64,000 bases of DNA from Candidatus Saccharimonadia bacterium (lineage in GTDB: Bacteria; Patescibacteriota; Saccharimonadia; UBA4664; JBBRNT01), in contig JBBRNT010000005.1 of the NCBI GenBank assembly GCA_038230095.1, positions 18,619-82,618 on the forward strand. Reading direction: 5' to 3'. The position numbers were made by a program, and so were the translations under genes. Below are positions 46,885 through 56,200 of the stretch, piece after piece. How positions within the stretch are numbered: position 1 is the stretch's first letter; each line of letters opens with the position of its first letter. The notes beneath the pieces were generated by a model. That model ran no database searches, was not told the DNA's origin, and saw only the letters and a list, made by a program, of their open reading frames with translations.

Positions 46885-47592
46885 CTACAAGTGGTATGTC
46901 AGCTCTGCAAAGAAACGGCCGTTGGGCTCGCGGTCTAGGTAGGCTACTAGGTCTGGGACGCTCGGAATAAGTTCGGCGCCCGGCACGGCAGATAGATGGG
47001 CCCAGAAGGCCTGTCCCACGGTACCAACACCGGGTATATCATCAGTTCGTAGACTGCCCTGGAGGGCGGTGCCCAGAAAGAAATGGAAGAGGATCTGGCT
47101 GACAATCTCATTGTTCTGGAAGATGGTAACATAGCCATCGCCGCGGTGCTTCAGTGTAGCCTTAAGGCCTGACTTATCCCGCAGCTCCCGCTCGGCGGCA
47201 GCGTAAATGCCCTCGCCGAGGTGCACTTTTCCGTAGGGAAAACTCACCATGCCATAGAGCGGCTGGCGAGCGCGGCGGTATAGCAGGTACTCGCCGGCCT
47301 CGTTCTGGCAGCAGACTAGGGTAACCACTCGAGGCTGGAAACGCGGCTTCATAATGGTCAGGCTCATGCGCTCGGCATAGTCCTGGCCGGATGGCGTAAG
47401 CGTGTACAAGCCGTCTGGGCGCTTGGCCACCAGCTTGTCGCGCATAACGGCCTTCAGATGGTACATAAACAAATTGCTGTCGACGCCCTCGGGCCGTAGT
47501 TCCGAGAAGCGTGCTGCATCGGTCAAGATAAGCGTCTTCACTATGTGCTGCTGGATATGGTGCATGGCTCCCCTTCGCTTCGAGTGTAGCAA
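46885..47592 (-). CDS. winged-helix (N-terminal) plus Nudix-fold (C-terminal) protein with a degenerate Nudix box
   Basis: N-terminal HIVKTLILTDAARFSELRPEGVDSNLFMYHLKAVMRDKLV is wHTH-like. The Nudix box is GKVHLGEGIYAAAERELRDKSGL (G-x5-E-x7-REL-x-DK-x-GL, where EE has become DK). Confidence 0.65.
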   Translation of the reverse strand: MLHSKRRGAMHHIQQHIVKTLILTDAARFSELRPEGVDSNLFMYHLKAVMRDKLVAKRPDGLYTLTPSGQDYAERMSLTIMKPRFQPRVVTLVCCQNEAGEYLLYRRARQPLYGMVSFPYGKVHLGEGIYAAAERELRDKSGLKATLKHRGDGYVTIFQNNEIVSQILFHFFLGTALQGSLRTDDIPGVGTVGQAFWAHLSAVPGAELIPSVPDLVAYLDREPNGRFFAELTYHL

Positions 47593-47674
47593 AGAATTGA
47601 GTCAAAACATATTGACGCGAGCACCTGGGGTGGTAGTCTTTAGGCAAATAGATCTGCCCCTTGAAAGGACCACT

Positions 47675-47989
47675 ATGTCCCAAACCAGCCACAGCATTGG
47701 TGATCGAAGTGCCGCTGCCGCCCAGTTCCAGGAGCTAGTCCTCCACCTAGGTGACACACCTGATGCCGCCACAAGACTGGCCAAATCCATCGAAGTAAGC
47801 CTCACTACCGAGCGGCTGGGTCATGACCCAGCGATTAACACCTACCGGGTGCTTATTCGGACACCATCCGGTGAGTGGCCTATGCGCTACGCCTCGCTCG
47901 AGGGCCTGGAGGCATTTCTGAACGGTGTTCAAGCACTGGGCGCCTGCCTGGGCATCCACTTCGCTATCCCCGACCTGCCCCAGCGCTAG
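47675..47989 (+). CDS. hypothetical protein
   Basis: 104 aa from the ATG at 47675, preceded by AAAGGA. The longer track ORF (47402..) overlaps the opposite-strand gene and is rejected. Confidence 0.4.
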   Translation: MSQTSHSIGDRSAAAAQFQELVLHLGDTPDAATRLAKSIEVSLTTERLGHDPAINTYRVLIRTPSGEWPMRYASLEGLEAFLNGVQALGACLGIHFAIPDLPQR

Positions 47990-48045
47990 CGCTTCCCACT
48001 AAGTAGACCGACCGACCGCCGGCCCAAGTCCGACCGCAACCCCTT

Positions 48046-48080
48046 CCGCCCTAGCTTTCTGAGCTGGGGCGGTTTCATTT
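48046..48080 (+). terminator. intrinsic terminator (ccgccctagc...gctggggcgg-tttcattt)
   Basis: GC stem followed by a T-rich tail, downstream of the 47675..47989 ORF. Confidence 0.45.
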
Positions 48081-48187
48081 GCCTACCTGATGGTCAAATA
48101 TTTTTGACTCAAAAGGTCCTGCTTGGTGTAGCTCATACAGCCACCTACGCTAGGGGTGTACGAGAAGTTCTTTGACAAGGAGACAAT

Positions 48188-48406
48188 ATGGGCGACCATG
48201 GTTACTACGATCTGACACCAGAACAGGAAAGAAGTCAGGCGGAGCATGCAGCTAGCGAACTCGAGCAGGTCTACAGCCGTGATAGTTACAAGTACGTCGA
48301 CATTTGCCTGGATTGTGGCTGCCATGTAGCCAGACGAAAGACCCACGACCAAGTCTGCGTGCCCAAGCTGGAGCGTAGGACTCAAGCATCGGGAGAAGGA
48401 GCATGA
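48188..48406 (+). CDS. hypothetical small zinc-ribbon protein (operon gene 1 of 4)
   Basis: 72 aa; CLDCGCH...C motif; stop overlaps the next start (ATGA). Confidence 0.45.
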   Translation: MGDHGYYDLTPEQERSQAEHAASELEQVYSRDSYKYVDICLDCGCHVARRKTHDQVCVPKLERRTQASGEGA

Positions 48407-49245
48407 CAACTTACGAGGATGTTGATCGGGGCATCTACCACGAGCGCTTGCTCCTGGTTGCCCAAAGTCCACTGCGGCCAATTTTAGTAGAGTTGGCAGC
48501 CGCCCTAGCTGAGTTCCAGCTAGCCCACCCAATTGCCGCGCGGTATGCACAGGCGCGCTATGAGCTTCTGCTGGCCTCCTGGTCGGCAGCTAGTGTGGGC
48601 TGGTGCACTAAGTGCCGCCAGATAGGGCTGGAGCTGCCGCAGCGCTACTGTGTTGAAACCACCAGACACTGCTCCAAGCTAGATAGCGACTACGATGTTG
48701 TGAGCTGGGATGAAGCCGTGACCGAAATCCACTGGCTGTGCAGCACCTGCCGCGGCGCATGCGCGAACCTATACCCCTGCGAGCTCCGCGATGGTTACTG
48801 GTGGTGCGGCCTCGGCGAGGCAGCTTGGGTGCCACGGCGGCCCACCGTGCACGAATTTACGCTGAAAACACTCGATGCTCTGAGTACAGCTCAGCAGCAA
48901 ACCTTGGAACGGAGGTGGGGCCTGCTACCGGCTCTGGGCCTGTCACCGTCCGACGTTACGGGTCCATGCCGTGTCTGGATCGCAGCCCATCTACCTCTCG
49001 TTACCGGCTACACGGCCGATGCAACTCATATCCAGGCGGTGCTAGAAGAGACGGCCATGGCCAACAGCCACCTGGGCGCTACATCTGAGCAACTGGCCAA
49101 AATGATTGGCCCGTGGACCAATTGCCCTCACTGCGGAGCAGGGCCAGGCTATCAGGAGCGCCGCAACCACAACATGACGTGGGGCGACGCAGATATACAT
49201 TGCTCCCTCTGCCACGGCTATGTGAGGAGCTGGGATGCAAGCTGA
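48403..49245 (+). CDS. hypothetical Cys-rich protein with multiple CxxC pairs (operon gene 2 of 4)
   Basis: 280 aa with CTKC, CSTCRGAC, CPHC and CSLCH motifs. Confidence 0.5.
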   Translation: MTTYEDVDRGIYHERLLLVAQSPLRPILVELAAALAEFQLAHPIAARYAQARYELLLASWSAASVGWCTKCRQIGLELPQRYCVETTRHCSKLDSDYDVVSWDEAVTEIHWLCSTCRGACANLYPCELRDGYWWCGLGEAAWVPRRPTVHEFTLKTLDALSTAQQQTLERRWGLLPALGLSPSDVTGPCRVWIAAHLPLVTGYTADATHIQAVLEETAMANSHLGATSEQLAKMIGPWTNCPHCGAGPGYQERRNHNMTWGDADIHCSLCHGYVRSWDAS

Positions 49246-49438
49246 GCCAATTAACTTCTTTCCTATTACGGTGCGGGTAATCATTGATGGACGGATACTA
49301 GCCGCTAGCCTTGAAGGGTACCGGCAGGTGCCAGGACAGTTCTACCCCACGCATACCCTAGCGATAGTGACGGTCGCCGGCCAGCTAAGCCAGCTAGTCT
49401 GCCTGACACAGCTCCTAGATGAATCGGACGCCGCGTGA
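49235..49438 (+). CDS. hypothetical small protein (operon gene 3 of 4)
   Basis: 67 aa; overlaps its neighbours by 11 nt upstream and 4 nt downstream. Confidence 0.35.
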   Translation: MQAEPINFFPITVRVIIDGRILAASLEGYRQVPGQFYPTHTLAIVTVAGQLSQLVCLTQLLDESDAA

Positions 49439-49824
49439 CTCGAATGCAAGCGGCTTGGCGGCTGCTTCGGCTTTGCGGTGTGCCTGTGGGCACTGCGGGG
49501 GCGCGTGAGGTGGCGTGGTTCCTGGCCTGGCTTGCGGGGCAGCAGCCAAAAGTCCTGTCTCGGTTTGACCCCGGGCGCAATGATGAGCATACCCGGGAAC
49601 CAGTGCATGACGAGAGCTACTGGTGGACCAAGCTGTGCATGTACCACCACCGCGCAGCCCAGCTGGGGCTGGAAAGCCCAGAAGGGCGCCAGGTAGTGTT
49701 TGAGCTAGCCGCTACTGCGGCAGGCTGGTGTGCGTCCATCGTACGTGTGTACGGCCAACCCAGCTCCGCTAGTGACGACTTCCGAGCCGGTGTAACAGGT
49801 CTTGATGCCATGACTAAGCCCTAG
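49435..49824 (+). CDS. hypothetical protein (operon gene 4 of 4)
   Basis: 129 aa; no recognised motif. Confidence 0.4.
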   Translation: MTRMQAAWRLLRLCGVPVGTAGAREVAWFLAWLAGQQPKVLSRFDPGRNDEHTREPVHDESYWWTKLCMYHHRAAQLGLESPEGRQVVFELAATAAGWCASIVRVYGQPSSASDDFRAGVTGLDAMTKP

Positions 49825-49864
49825 CCCAACTGACCCCGATAGAGTAATCTGTCGGGGTCTTTTA

Positions 49865-51517
49865 CTAGACCTGGCCTATCTGGAGCGTCTCGCCACCAAG
49901 CTTATCGGTGAAGTAGCTATCATGCGAGATGTAGAGAATGGCGCCGTGGTAGTTGGTAAGCGCTTTTTCGAGCTCTTCGATAGACGGCAGGTCTAGGTGA
50001 TTGGTAGGCTCGTCTAGGATGAGCAGATTGGGCTCCCCGGCCAGCATATTAATAAGCTGGAAGCGGGCTTTCTGGCCACCGCTAAGCACACTGATAGGTA
50101 GCTGGTAGTCGGTGGTAGGATCAAACAGGTACTGCGATAGAGTTTGGCGAACTTTCTGATCATTAATAGGCAGTTCATTAATGCGAAATACTTCAATAAC
50201 AGCGTCGCCAAGCGTCATTTCCAGATAGCGTCCGTCAATTTCTTGTTCATACAGGCCAATCTTGGTAGTACGGTCAATGACAATCTGGCCGCCAAATACC
50301 TGTGCCCGGCTCTCGCCCAACCCGGCCGTAGCAAGGATTTGTCGGACTAGTGTGGTTTTACCTGCACCGTTACGGCCACGTACCTGCAGGCGGTCGCTAT
50401 AGCGCAGCTGGGTAGTAATATTGGCAAATAATGGCTCCTTATAGCCCAAGGAGAGCCTGTCTAGCCCGAGGAGCTGGTGATAGCGGCCACTACCACCCTC
50501 GGTCGAGATACGGATGTTCTTCGCCTTGTACTTGTCATAGCGGTCAACTACCTTGTCCTGCAGCTGCTCCATCGAATCCGAATCTATCCAGAATGACGGC
50601 TTGACCATACTGGCCTTCAGCTCCTCATAGTGTTTGGTGAGTCGACGCTCCATAGGGATGAATGGGTTTGGCGTCTTGGAGGAGCCGGCCTTCTTCGCCC
50701 GGACTTCTTGGATCTGCTCATGCAGCTTCTCTAGCGTGCGCTGGGCTATCTCGTACTGGGCCATGGCCGTGACGGTGGCGACGCTATTCTGCTTGAGATA
50801 GTCATCATAGTTGCCGGTGTAGCTGACGGCGCGTTGTTCTTTTATCTCTATAATGCGGTCGACGTAGCGCAGGACGTCGCGGTCATGGCTAATAACACAG
50901 ACCGACTCCCCAGCGTTCTTAAACCACTCTATGAACTGCTGCTTGGCAATATAATCCATGTGGTTGGTGGGCTCGTCGATAAGCGCCAGATCGGCCTTGG
51001 ACTGAGTGACCTTGGCCAGCTCGACGAAGCGCTTCTGGCCACCAGACAGACGCGCCATGGGGGCGTAAGCTAGATCACGGTTAATCTGGTAGGCTTCTAG
51101 CGTCTGGACCACTTTGTCCTCCACTTCGTAGTAGCCCAGCTCGGTAAAGCGAGTAAGGGCGTCGCTATACTCGTGGATCTTCTTCATATCCTCACCCATA
51201 TGCTCGGGGTAAGTGTCTAGAATGTGCTTGAGTGCAGCGTACTGCGGAAGCTCGCTCAGTACGTAGCTGACCGCTGTAACTTCTTCTGGAAGATGGTGCT
51301 CCTGAGCAGTAGCTACCACTATGAGCCCACGGCGCGTCTGGATTGACCCATCATACTGAGGATCTTCCCCCGTGAGAATTCGAAACAGTGAGGTCTTGCC
51401 GACGCCATTGCGCCCAATAAGGGCAACTTTCTCATTATCTTGAAGCGTAATCTTCAGATCCCGGAAGAGGTGCTTGGTGCCGAGAGTCTTGTTGGTAATT
51501 TCTGCAGTAAGTAACAT
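49865..51517 (-). CDS. ABC-F family ATPase with two ABC domains and no TMD (translation-associated; EttA/Uup/YbiT-like)
   Basis: Two Walker A motifs (GRNGVGKTS and GRNGAGKTT), two LSGGQK signatures and two Walker B motifs; 550 aa. Confidence 0.88.
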   Translation of the reverse strand: MLLTAEITNKTLGTKHLFRDLKITLQDNEKVALIGRNGVGKTSLFRILTGEDPQYDGSIQTRRGLIVVATAQEHHLPEEVTAVSYVLSELPQYAALKHILDTYPEHMGEDMKKIHEYSDALTRFTELGYYEVEDKVVQTLEAYQINRDLAYAPMARLSGGQKRFVELAKVTQSKADLALIDEPTNHMDYIAKQQFIEWFKNAGESVCVISHDRDVLRYVDRIIEIKEQRAVSYTGNYDDYLKQNSVATVTAMAQYEIAQRTLEKLHEQIQEVRAKKAGSSKTPNPFIPMERRLTKHYEELKASMVKPSFWIDSDSMEQLQDKVVDRYDKYKAKNIRISTEGGSGRYHQLLGLDRLSLGYKEPLFANITTQLRYSDRLQVRGRNGAGKTTLVRQILATAGLGESRAQVFGGQIVIDRTTKIGLYEQEIDGRYLEMTLGDAVIEVFRINELPINDQKVRQTLSQYLFDPTTDYQLPISVLSGGQKARFQLINMLAGEPNLLILDEPTNHLDLPSIEELEKALTNYHGAILYISHDSYFTDKLGGETLQIGQV

Positions 51518-51643
51518 AACCCAGGTATATTACGCTAGGCTAGCCCGAACTGCAACCTAGAAACTATTGACAATACATTGTGCTTATGGTACTATGATGC
51601 GGTTCTCGAGAAATCGTCTCGGAATGGACCCCAGGAGTTTGAC

Positions 51644-52132
51644 ATGAATCGCAACCCCTACCTCACCAACCTACTGCTGATCGCCGTGTCCCTCGTGGCC
51701 ATGGTCACACTCGCCGGCCAGAACACTGCCTTCGCTGGAGGAACCGGGTGTCCGGCAACACCAGAGCAGATCGCCCAATGGGCGGCCGATGGTGTCGCCA
51801 ACCCCTGTGTCCTCATCGCCACAGACACCCCGCCGGTCCCTCACCAGCTCAGCTGGACACGGGGCCACGGCTACAGTGGCGACCGGGCATTTGCCTTCAT
51901 TGCCACTACCCGCAACCGCGCCAAGCAGCTGTGCGTGACCATTGGCGCCAAGAACGGCGCCTACCTGGCTACTGCCACGGTCACAGTCGAGAGTATCCGT
52001 CACGACCTGGCTGTCGGCACGGCTGTTGCCACCACTCAGTTGCGCCCCAACAGCCATGGGATTGCTAGGTTCTGCCCAAGCGCTGCCTGGCGGGTAATCG
52101 GTGCCAGCGTCGTTGCTGGGACCAGCACCTGA
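51644..52132 (+). CDS. hypothetical secreted protein
   Basis: Signal peptide MNRNPYLTNLLLIAVSLVAMVTLAGQNTAFA. Start set at the ATG at 51644, preceded by CCAGGAG; the track ORF begins at 51578. Confidence 0.55.
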   Translation: MNRNPYLTNLLLIAVSLVAMVTLAGQNTAFAGGTGCPATPEQIAQWAADGVANPCVLIATDTPPVPHQLSWTRGHGYSGDRAFAFIATTRNRAKQLCVTIGAKNGAYLATATVTVESIRHDLAVGTAVATTQLRPNSHGIARFCPSAAWRVIGASVVAGTST

Positions 52133-52153
52133 CGACCACGTTCTACCCTTCTG

Positions 52154-52197
52154 CCCCGCTTCGAGCTCTACAGCTCGGGGCGGGGCGTTTCATTTCT
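52154..52197 (+). terminator. intrinsic terminator (ccccgcttcgagct-ctac-agctcggggcgggg-cgtttcattt)
   Basis: Shares the gggcgg-tttcattt tail motif with the terminator at 48046. Confidence 0.45.
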
Positions 52198-52201
52198 ATC
52201 C

Positions 52202-52231
52202 AAAAAAGCCACCCGTAAGGGTGGCTTTTTG
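52202..52231. terminator. bidirectional intrinsic terminator downstream of rpsG
   Basis: aaaaaagccacccgtaagggtggcttttt. Confidence 0.65.
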
Positions 52232-52253
52232 GTACCTGCTTGCTCGGGAAGTA

Positions 52254-52730
52254 CTAGTACCGGGCGAAGTGGGCAAAGGCCTTGTTAGCCTCGGCCATCT
52301 TGTGAGTATCTTCTTTCTTCTTGATAGCGTCGCCAGTATTGTTGTAGCCGTTCATAATCTCGTCAGCAAGACGCTTGTCGAAACTAGAGCCGGACTTGCC
52401 ATTGGCAGCGTTCAGCATCCAGGTCATAGCGAGGTGGATCTTGCGGTCGCCACGCACTTCGATTGGCACTTGGTAGGTGGCGCCGCCGATACGTTTGGCT
52501 TTGACCTGCACCTGAGGAGAAACATTCTTGATAGCACCCTCAAACACATCCATTGCTGGCTGCTTGGTCTTGGCTTCAACAATTTCCATGGCACCGTAGA
52601 CTAGGCTCTCGGCTAGGCGCTTCTTGCCGCTCTTCATGACCTTGTTGATGAGCTTGGCGACAAGTACATTGCTGTAGCGAATGTCGGGCTCAATTACACG
52701 CTTAAAGGACTTGGTTTTCTTACGAGGCAT
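52254..52730 (-). CDS. rpsG: 30S ribosomal protein S7
   Basis: MPRKKTKSFKRVIEPDIRYSNVLVAKLINK... Confidence 0.93.
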   Translation of the reverse strand: MPRKKTKSFKRVIEPDIRYSNVLVAKLINKVMKSGKKRLAESLVYGAMEIVEAKTKQPAMDVFEGAIKNVSPQVQVKAKRIGGATYQVPIEVRGDRKIHLAMTWMLNAANGKSGSSFDKRLADEIMNGYNNTGDAIKKKEDTHKMAEANKAFAHFARY

Positions 52731-52801
52731 GTTTCACTCCTTTCAAGAGTTACTACCACACTTGGATCAAAGGACTCCAGGTGGTTTGCTTAAGGCCTAG
52801 A

Positions 52802-53218
52802 TCAGGCTTTCTTTTCTTTCTTAGCACCGTACTTGGAACGACCCTGCGCGCGCTTGGCGGCACCGGCAGTATCCAGAGCACCGCGAACAATATGGTAACG
52901 TACACCACCGAGGTCCTTGACGCGACCACCGCGGATAAGCACAACGGAGTGCTCCTGCAGATTGTGGCCAATGCCAGGAATGTAGGCGGTGACTTCCATG
53001 CCGTTGGTCAACCGTACGCGAGCAACCTTACGCAAAGCGGAGTTAGGCTTACGAGGAGTTTGCGTATACACCTTGATACAGACACCACGCTTAAATGGCG
53101 ATGGAGCTGGGGTAGTCTTAGCCTTCAGGGCGTTCAGATTGCGGCCGAGCGCAGGCGTAGGCGACTTGGTCGTCTTCGACTTGCGGGGCTTGCGGATGAG
53201 TTGATTGATAGTTGGCAT
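52802..53218 (-). CDS. rpsL: 30S ribosomal protein S12
   Basis: ...[46 protein letters not shown]... Confidence 0.93.
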   Translation of the reverse strand: MPTINQLIRKPRKSKTTKSPTPALGRNLNALKAKTTPAPSPFKRGVCIKVYTQTPRKPNSALRKVARVRLTNGMEVTAYIPGIGHNLQEHSVVLIRGGRVKDLGGVRYHIVRGALDTAGAAKRAQGRSKYGAKKEKKA

Positions 53219-53282
53219 GTGTTTGTAATTAGACTTCCGTATTTAAGCAGATTTCTCTGATCGGGTCAATGCTTTCGCTAGA

Positions 53283-56200
53283 TTAGGCGGCCTCAGGGGC
53301 TACTTCGTCGGTGCGTCGAGCGTCGCGGGTGGCACGCTCTACGGCCTTTACCTCGGCGGCCAGGGCGGCAGCAGCGGCGGCGGCTTCAGGACGGAAGCCG
53401 GTACCCACAGGGATAAGGCGACCGATGATCACGTTCTCTTTCAGACCACGGAGGCGATCGATCTTACCGCGAGTGGCGGCGTTGATGAGCACGCGGGTGG
53501 TGTCCTGGAAGGAGGCGGCTGACAGGAACGAATCGGACGAGGTCGAGATCTTGGTAATAGACAGGAGTAGTTGCTCGAAGGTAGCCGTTTTCTTGCCCTC
53601 AGCGTCGAGGATAGCATTCTCTTCAACAACGCTCATCTTGGTGACAATGTCGCCGGTGACAAATAGGCTATCGCCCGGCTCTTCTATCTGGACACGGCTG
53701 AACATTTGGCGAATGATCACCTCGATGTGCTTGTCCGCAATGGCCTGACCTTGCGAGGCGTAGATGGACTGAATTTCTGCCACAATGTAGCGCTGGACGG
53801 CGCCTTCGCCGAGCAGTTCGAGCATTTCTTGTAGGTTGATAGAGCCTTCGGTCAGACGAGCACCGACAGTCACGACGTCACCAGTGGTCACTGTTAGGTT
53901 GTAATAGTTAGGAATGGAGTATTCCTTGTCGCCACCGCCGTCTTCGGTGAGCTTGATGCTAGTCTTACCAACCTTGACGATACCGGCCACTTTGGCCTTG
54001 ATAGCATGCTTGCCCTTGGCATCGGCAGCTAGGACGTCGCCAGGTACCACCTTCTGACCGCTCTTAACGGCGGCTGTGCGGTTTTCTAGCTCATACTCGG
54101 TAACCTTGAGCTCGGCTGGCGCAATGCGTACCAGGTGCTTACCAGGGGCTTGTTTGACGGTGATAACACCGGCCACGTCGGCAAGTACTGCCTGACCCTT
54201 TGGATTACGGGCTTCGAAGATTTCCTCAACACGTGGCAGACCGGAGGTAATGTCCTCGCCGGCAACACCACCCTTATGGAAGGTACGCATGGTGAGCTGG
54301 GTACCGGGCTCGCCAATAGACTGGGCAGCGATAACGCCGACTGGCTCGCCGAGCTTGACTAGACCACCGCGGGCCAGGTCTAGGCCGTAGCACATTTGGC
54401 AGGCGCCCCAGAAGGTGCGGCACTTAAGCACGGTGCGGACTTTGACAAACTCGAGGCCACTGGCGTCGATAGCGTCCGACTGTGGAGCAGTGATCATCTC
54501 ACCGGACTTCACCAGGACTTCGCCGTCTGGGCTGACAATCTTATCGAGCGCAACGCGGCCAGAGATACGGGTAGCAAACTTCTCACCGATGAGCTCAGAC
54601 TCGCTACGGTTTAGGATACTGCCTTCAGTGTCACCACAATCGGCTTCGGTGATAATCACATCTTGGGATACGTCCACCATACGGCGGGTTAGGTAGCCAG
54701 ACTCGGCAGTCTTCAGAGCGGTATCGGTAAGACCCTTACGGGCACCGTGTGAGGAGTTGAAGTACTCCAGAACGGAGAAGCCTTCTTTGTAGTTACTTTT
54801 AATTGGCAGCTCAATGGTGCGACCACTTGGGTCGGCTACCAGACCAAGCATACCGGCCACCTGGTTGACCTGGGATAGGTCACCACGGGCACCAGAGTCG
54901 ACAAACAATGCGGCGCTAGTTGATTCCTTGCGCAAGGTCTTCTCAAGCTCATTGGTAATCTGACTATTGGCATTCTGCCAGGTCTCGACTGTGCGCTGAT
55001 AGCGCTCGTCGTCGGTGATAAGACCCTGACCGAATTGCTTACTAATCTCAATGGCCTGCTTTTCGGCGGCTTCGAGAATTTCTGGCTTCTTTTCGGGAAT
55101 GATGTAATCGTCTACGGAGATGGATACACCAGAGATGGTGGCGTGCTTGAAGCCCAGGTCCTTAATATCGTCAACCACGCGAGCGGTTTCTTCGGTGCCA
55201 TACTTGGCGAAGATCTCGGCGATAAGGCGCTGGAGGGTCTTTTTGGCTAGGATCTCATTACGGAAGCCAAAGGTCTCAGGCAGGATTTCGTTGAAGAGAA
55301 TCCGACCGACCGTAGTCTCCAGCATGGCGCCCTCAATAGGCACGAGGATCTTGGTTTGGAGCTTAATCAGGCCCATGTCATAGGCGTAAATAGCCTCATT
55401 GGTGTGGGTGTAGGCCTTGGGCTTGGCGTCGCTGCCGGCAAACTTGTCATAAGTGAGATAGTAGCAGCCCAGGACAATGTCCTGACCTGGGTTAACCACT
55501 GTGGCGCCGTCGGCAGGCTTCAGCAGGTTCTTAGAGGCCAACATAAGCTCGCGGGCTTCTTTCTGAGCAGCTTCGGACAATGGTACGTGAACGGCCATCT
55601 GGTCGCCGTCGAAGTCAGCGTTGAAAGCAGTACAGACGAGCGGGTGCAGCTGGATAGCCTTGCCTTCGATGAGGATAGGCTGGAAGGCCTGAATACCAAG
55701 GCGGTGAAGGGTGGGGGCGCGGTTAAGCAGGACATACTTGTCGGCGATGATCTCTTCCAGAACATCCCAAACCTCGGTGCGGCCACGCTCAATCATACGA
55801 CTGGCGCTCTTCACATTGTGGGCAAGACCCTGCTCGATAAGCTGGCTAATAACAAATGGCTTGAATAGCTCGAGAGCCATCATCTTGGGAAGACCACACT
55901 GGTGGAGCTTCAACGAAGGACCACTAATGATGACCGAGCGACCAGAATAGTCAACGCGCTTGCCGAGCAGGTTCTGGCGGAAACGACCCTGCTTGCCCTT
56001 GAGCATGTCGGACAGGCTCTTGAGCTTGCGGCGGGTACCAGTAGAGGACACGGCACGCTCACGACGAGCATTGTTGTCGATGAGGGCATCAACTGCCTCT
56101 TGGAGCATGCGCTTCTCATTGCGGCGGATGACTTCTGGAGCATCGAGCTCGATCAGACGACGCAGACGGTTGTTGCGGTTAATGACACGGCGGTAAAGGT

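Noticed and set aside
47402-47674. The 5' extension of the 47402..47989 + ORF
   Set aside because: It overlaps the opposite-strand wHTH-Nudix gene for 190 nt. An internal ATG at 47675 with an AAAGGA RBS gives a non-overlapping 104-aa product.
47174-47692. A 172-aa minus-strand ORF overlapping the wHTH-Nudix gene in another frame
   Set aside because: It is an alternative frame of a gene that has clear Nudix-fold motifs, and its translation is Arg/Pro-rich junk.
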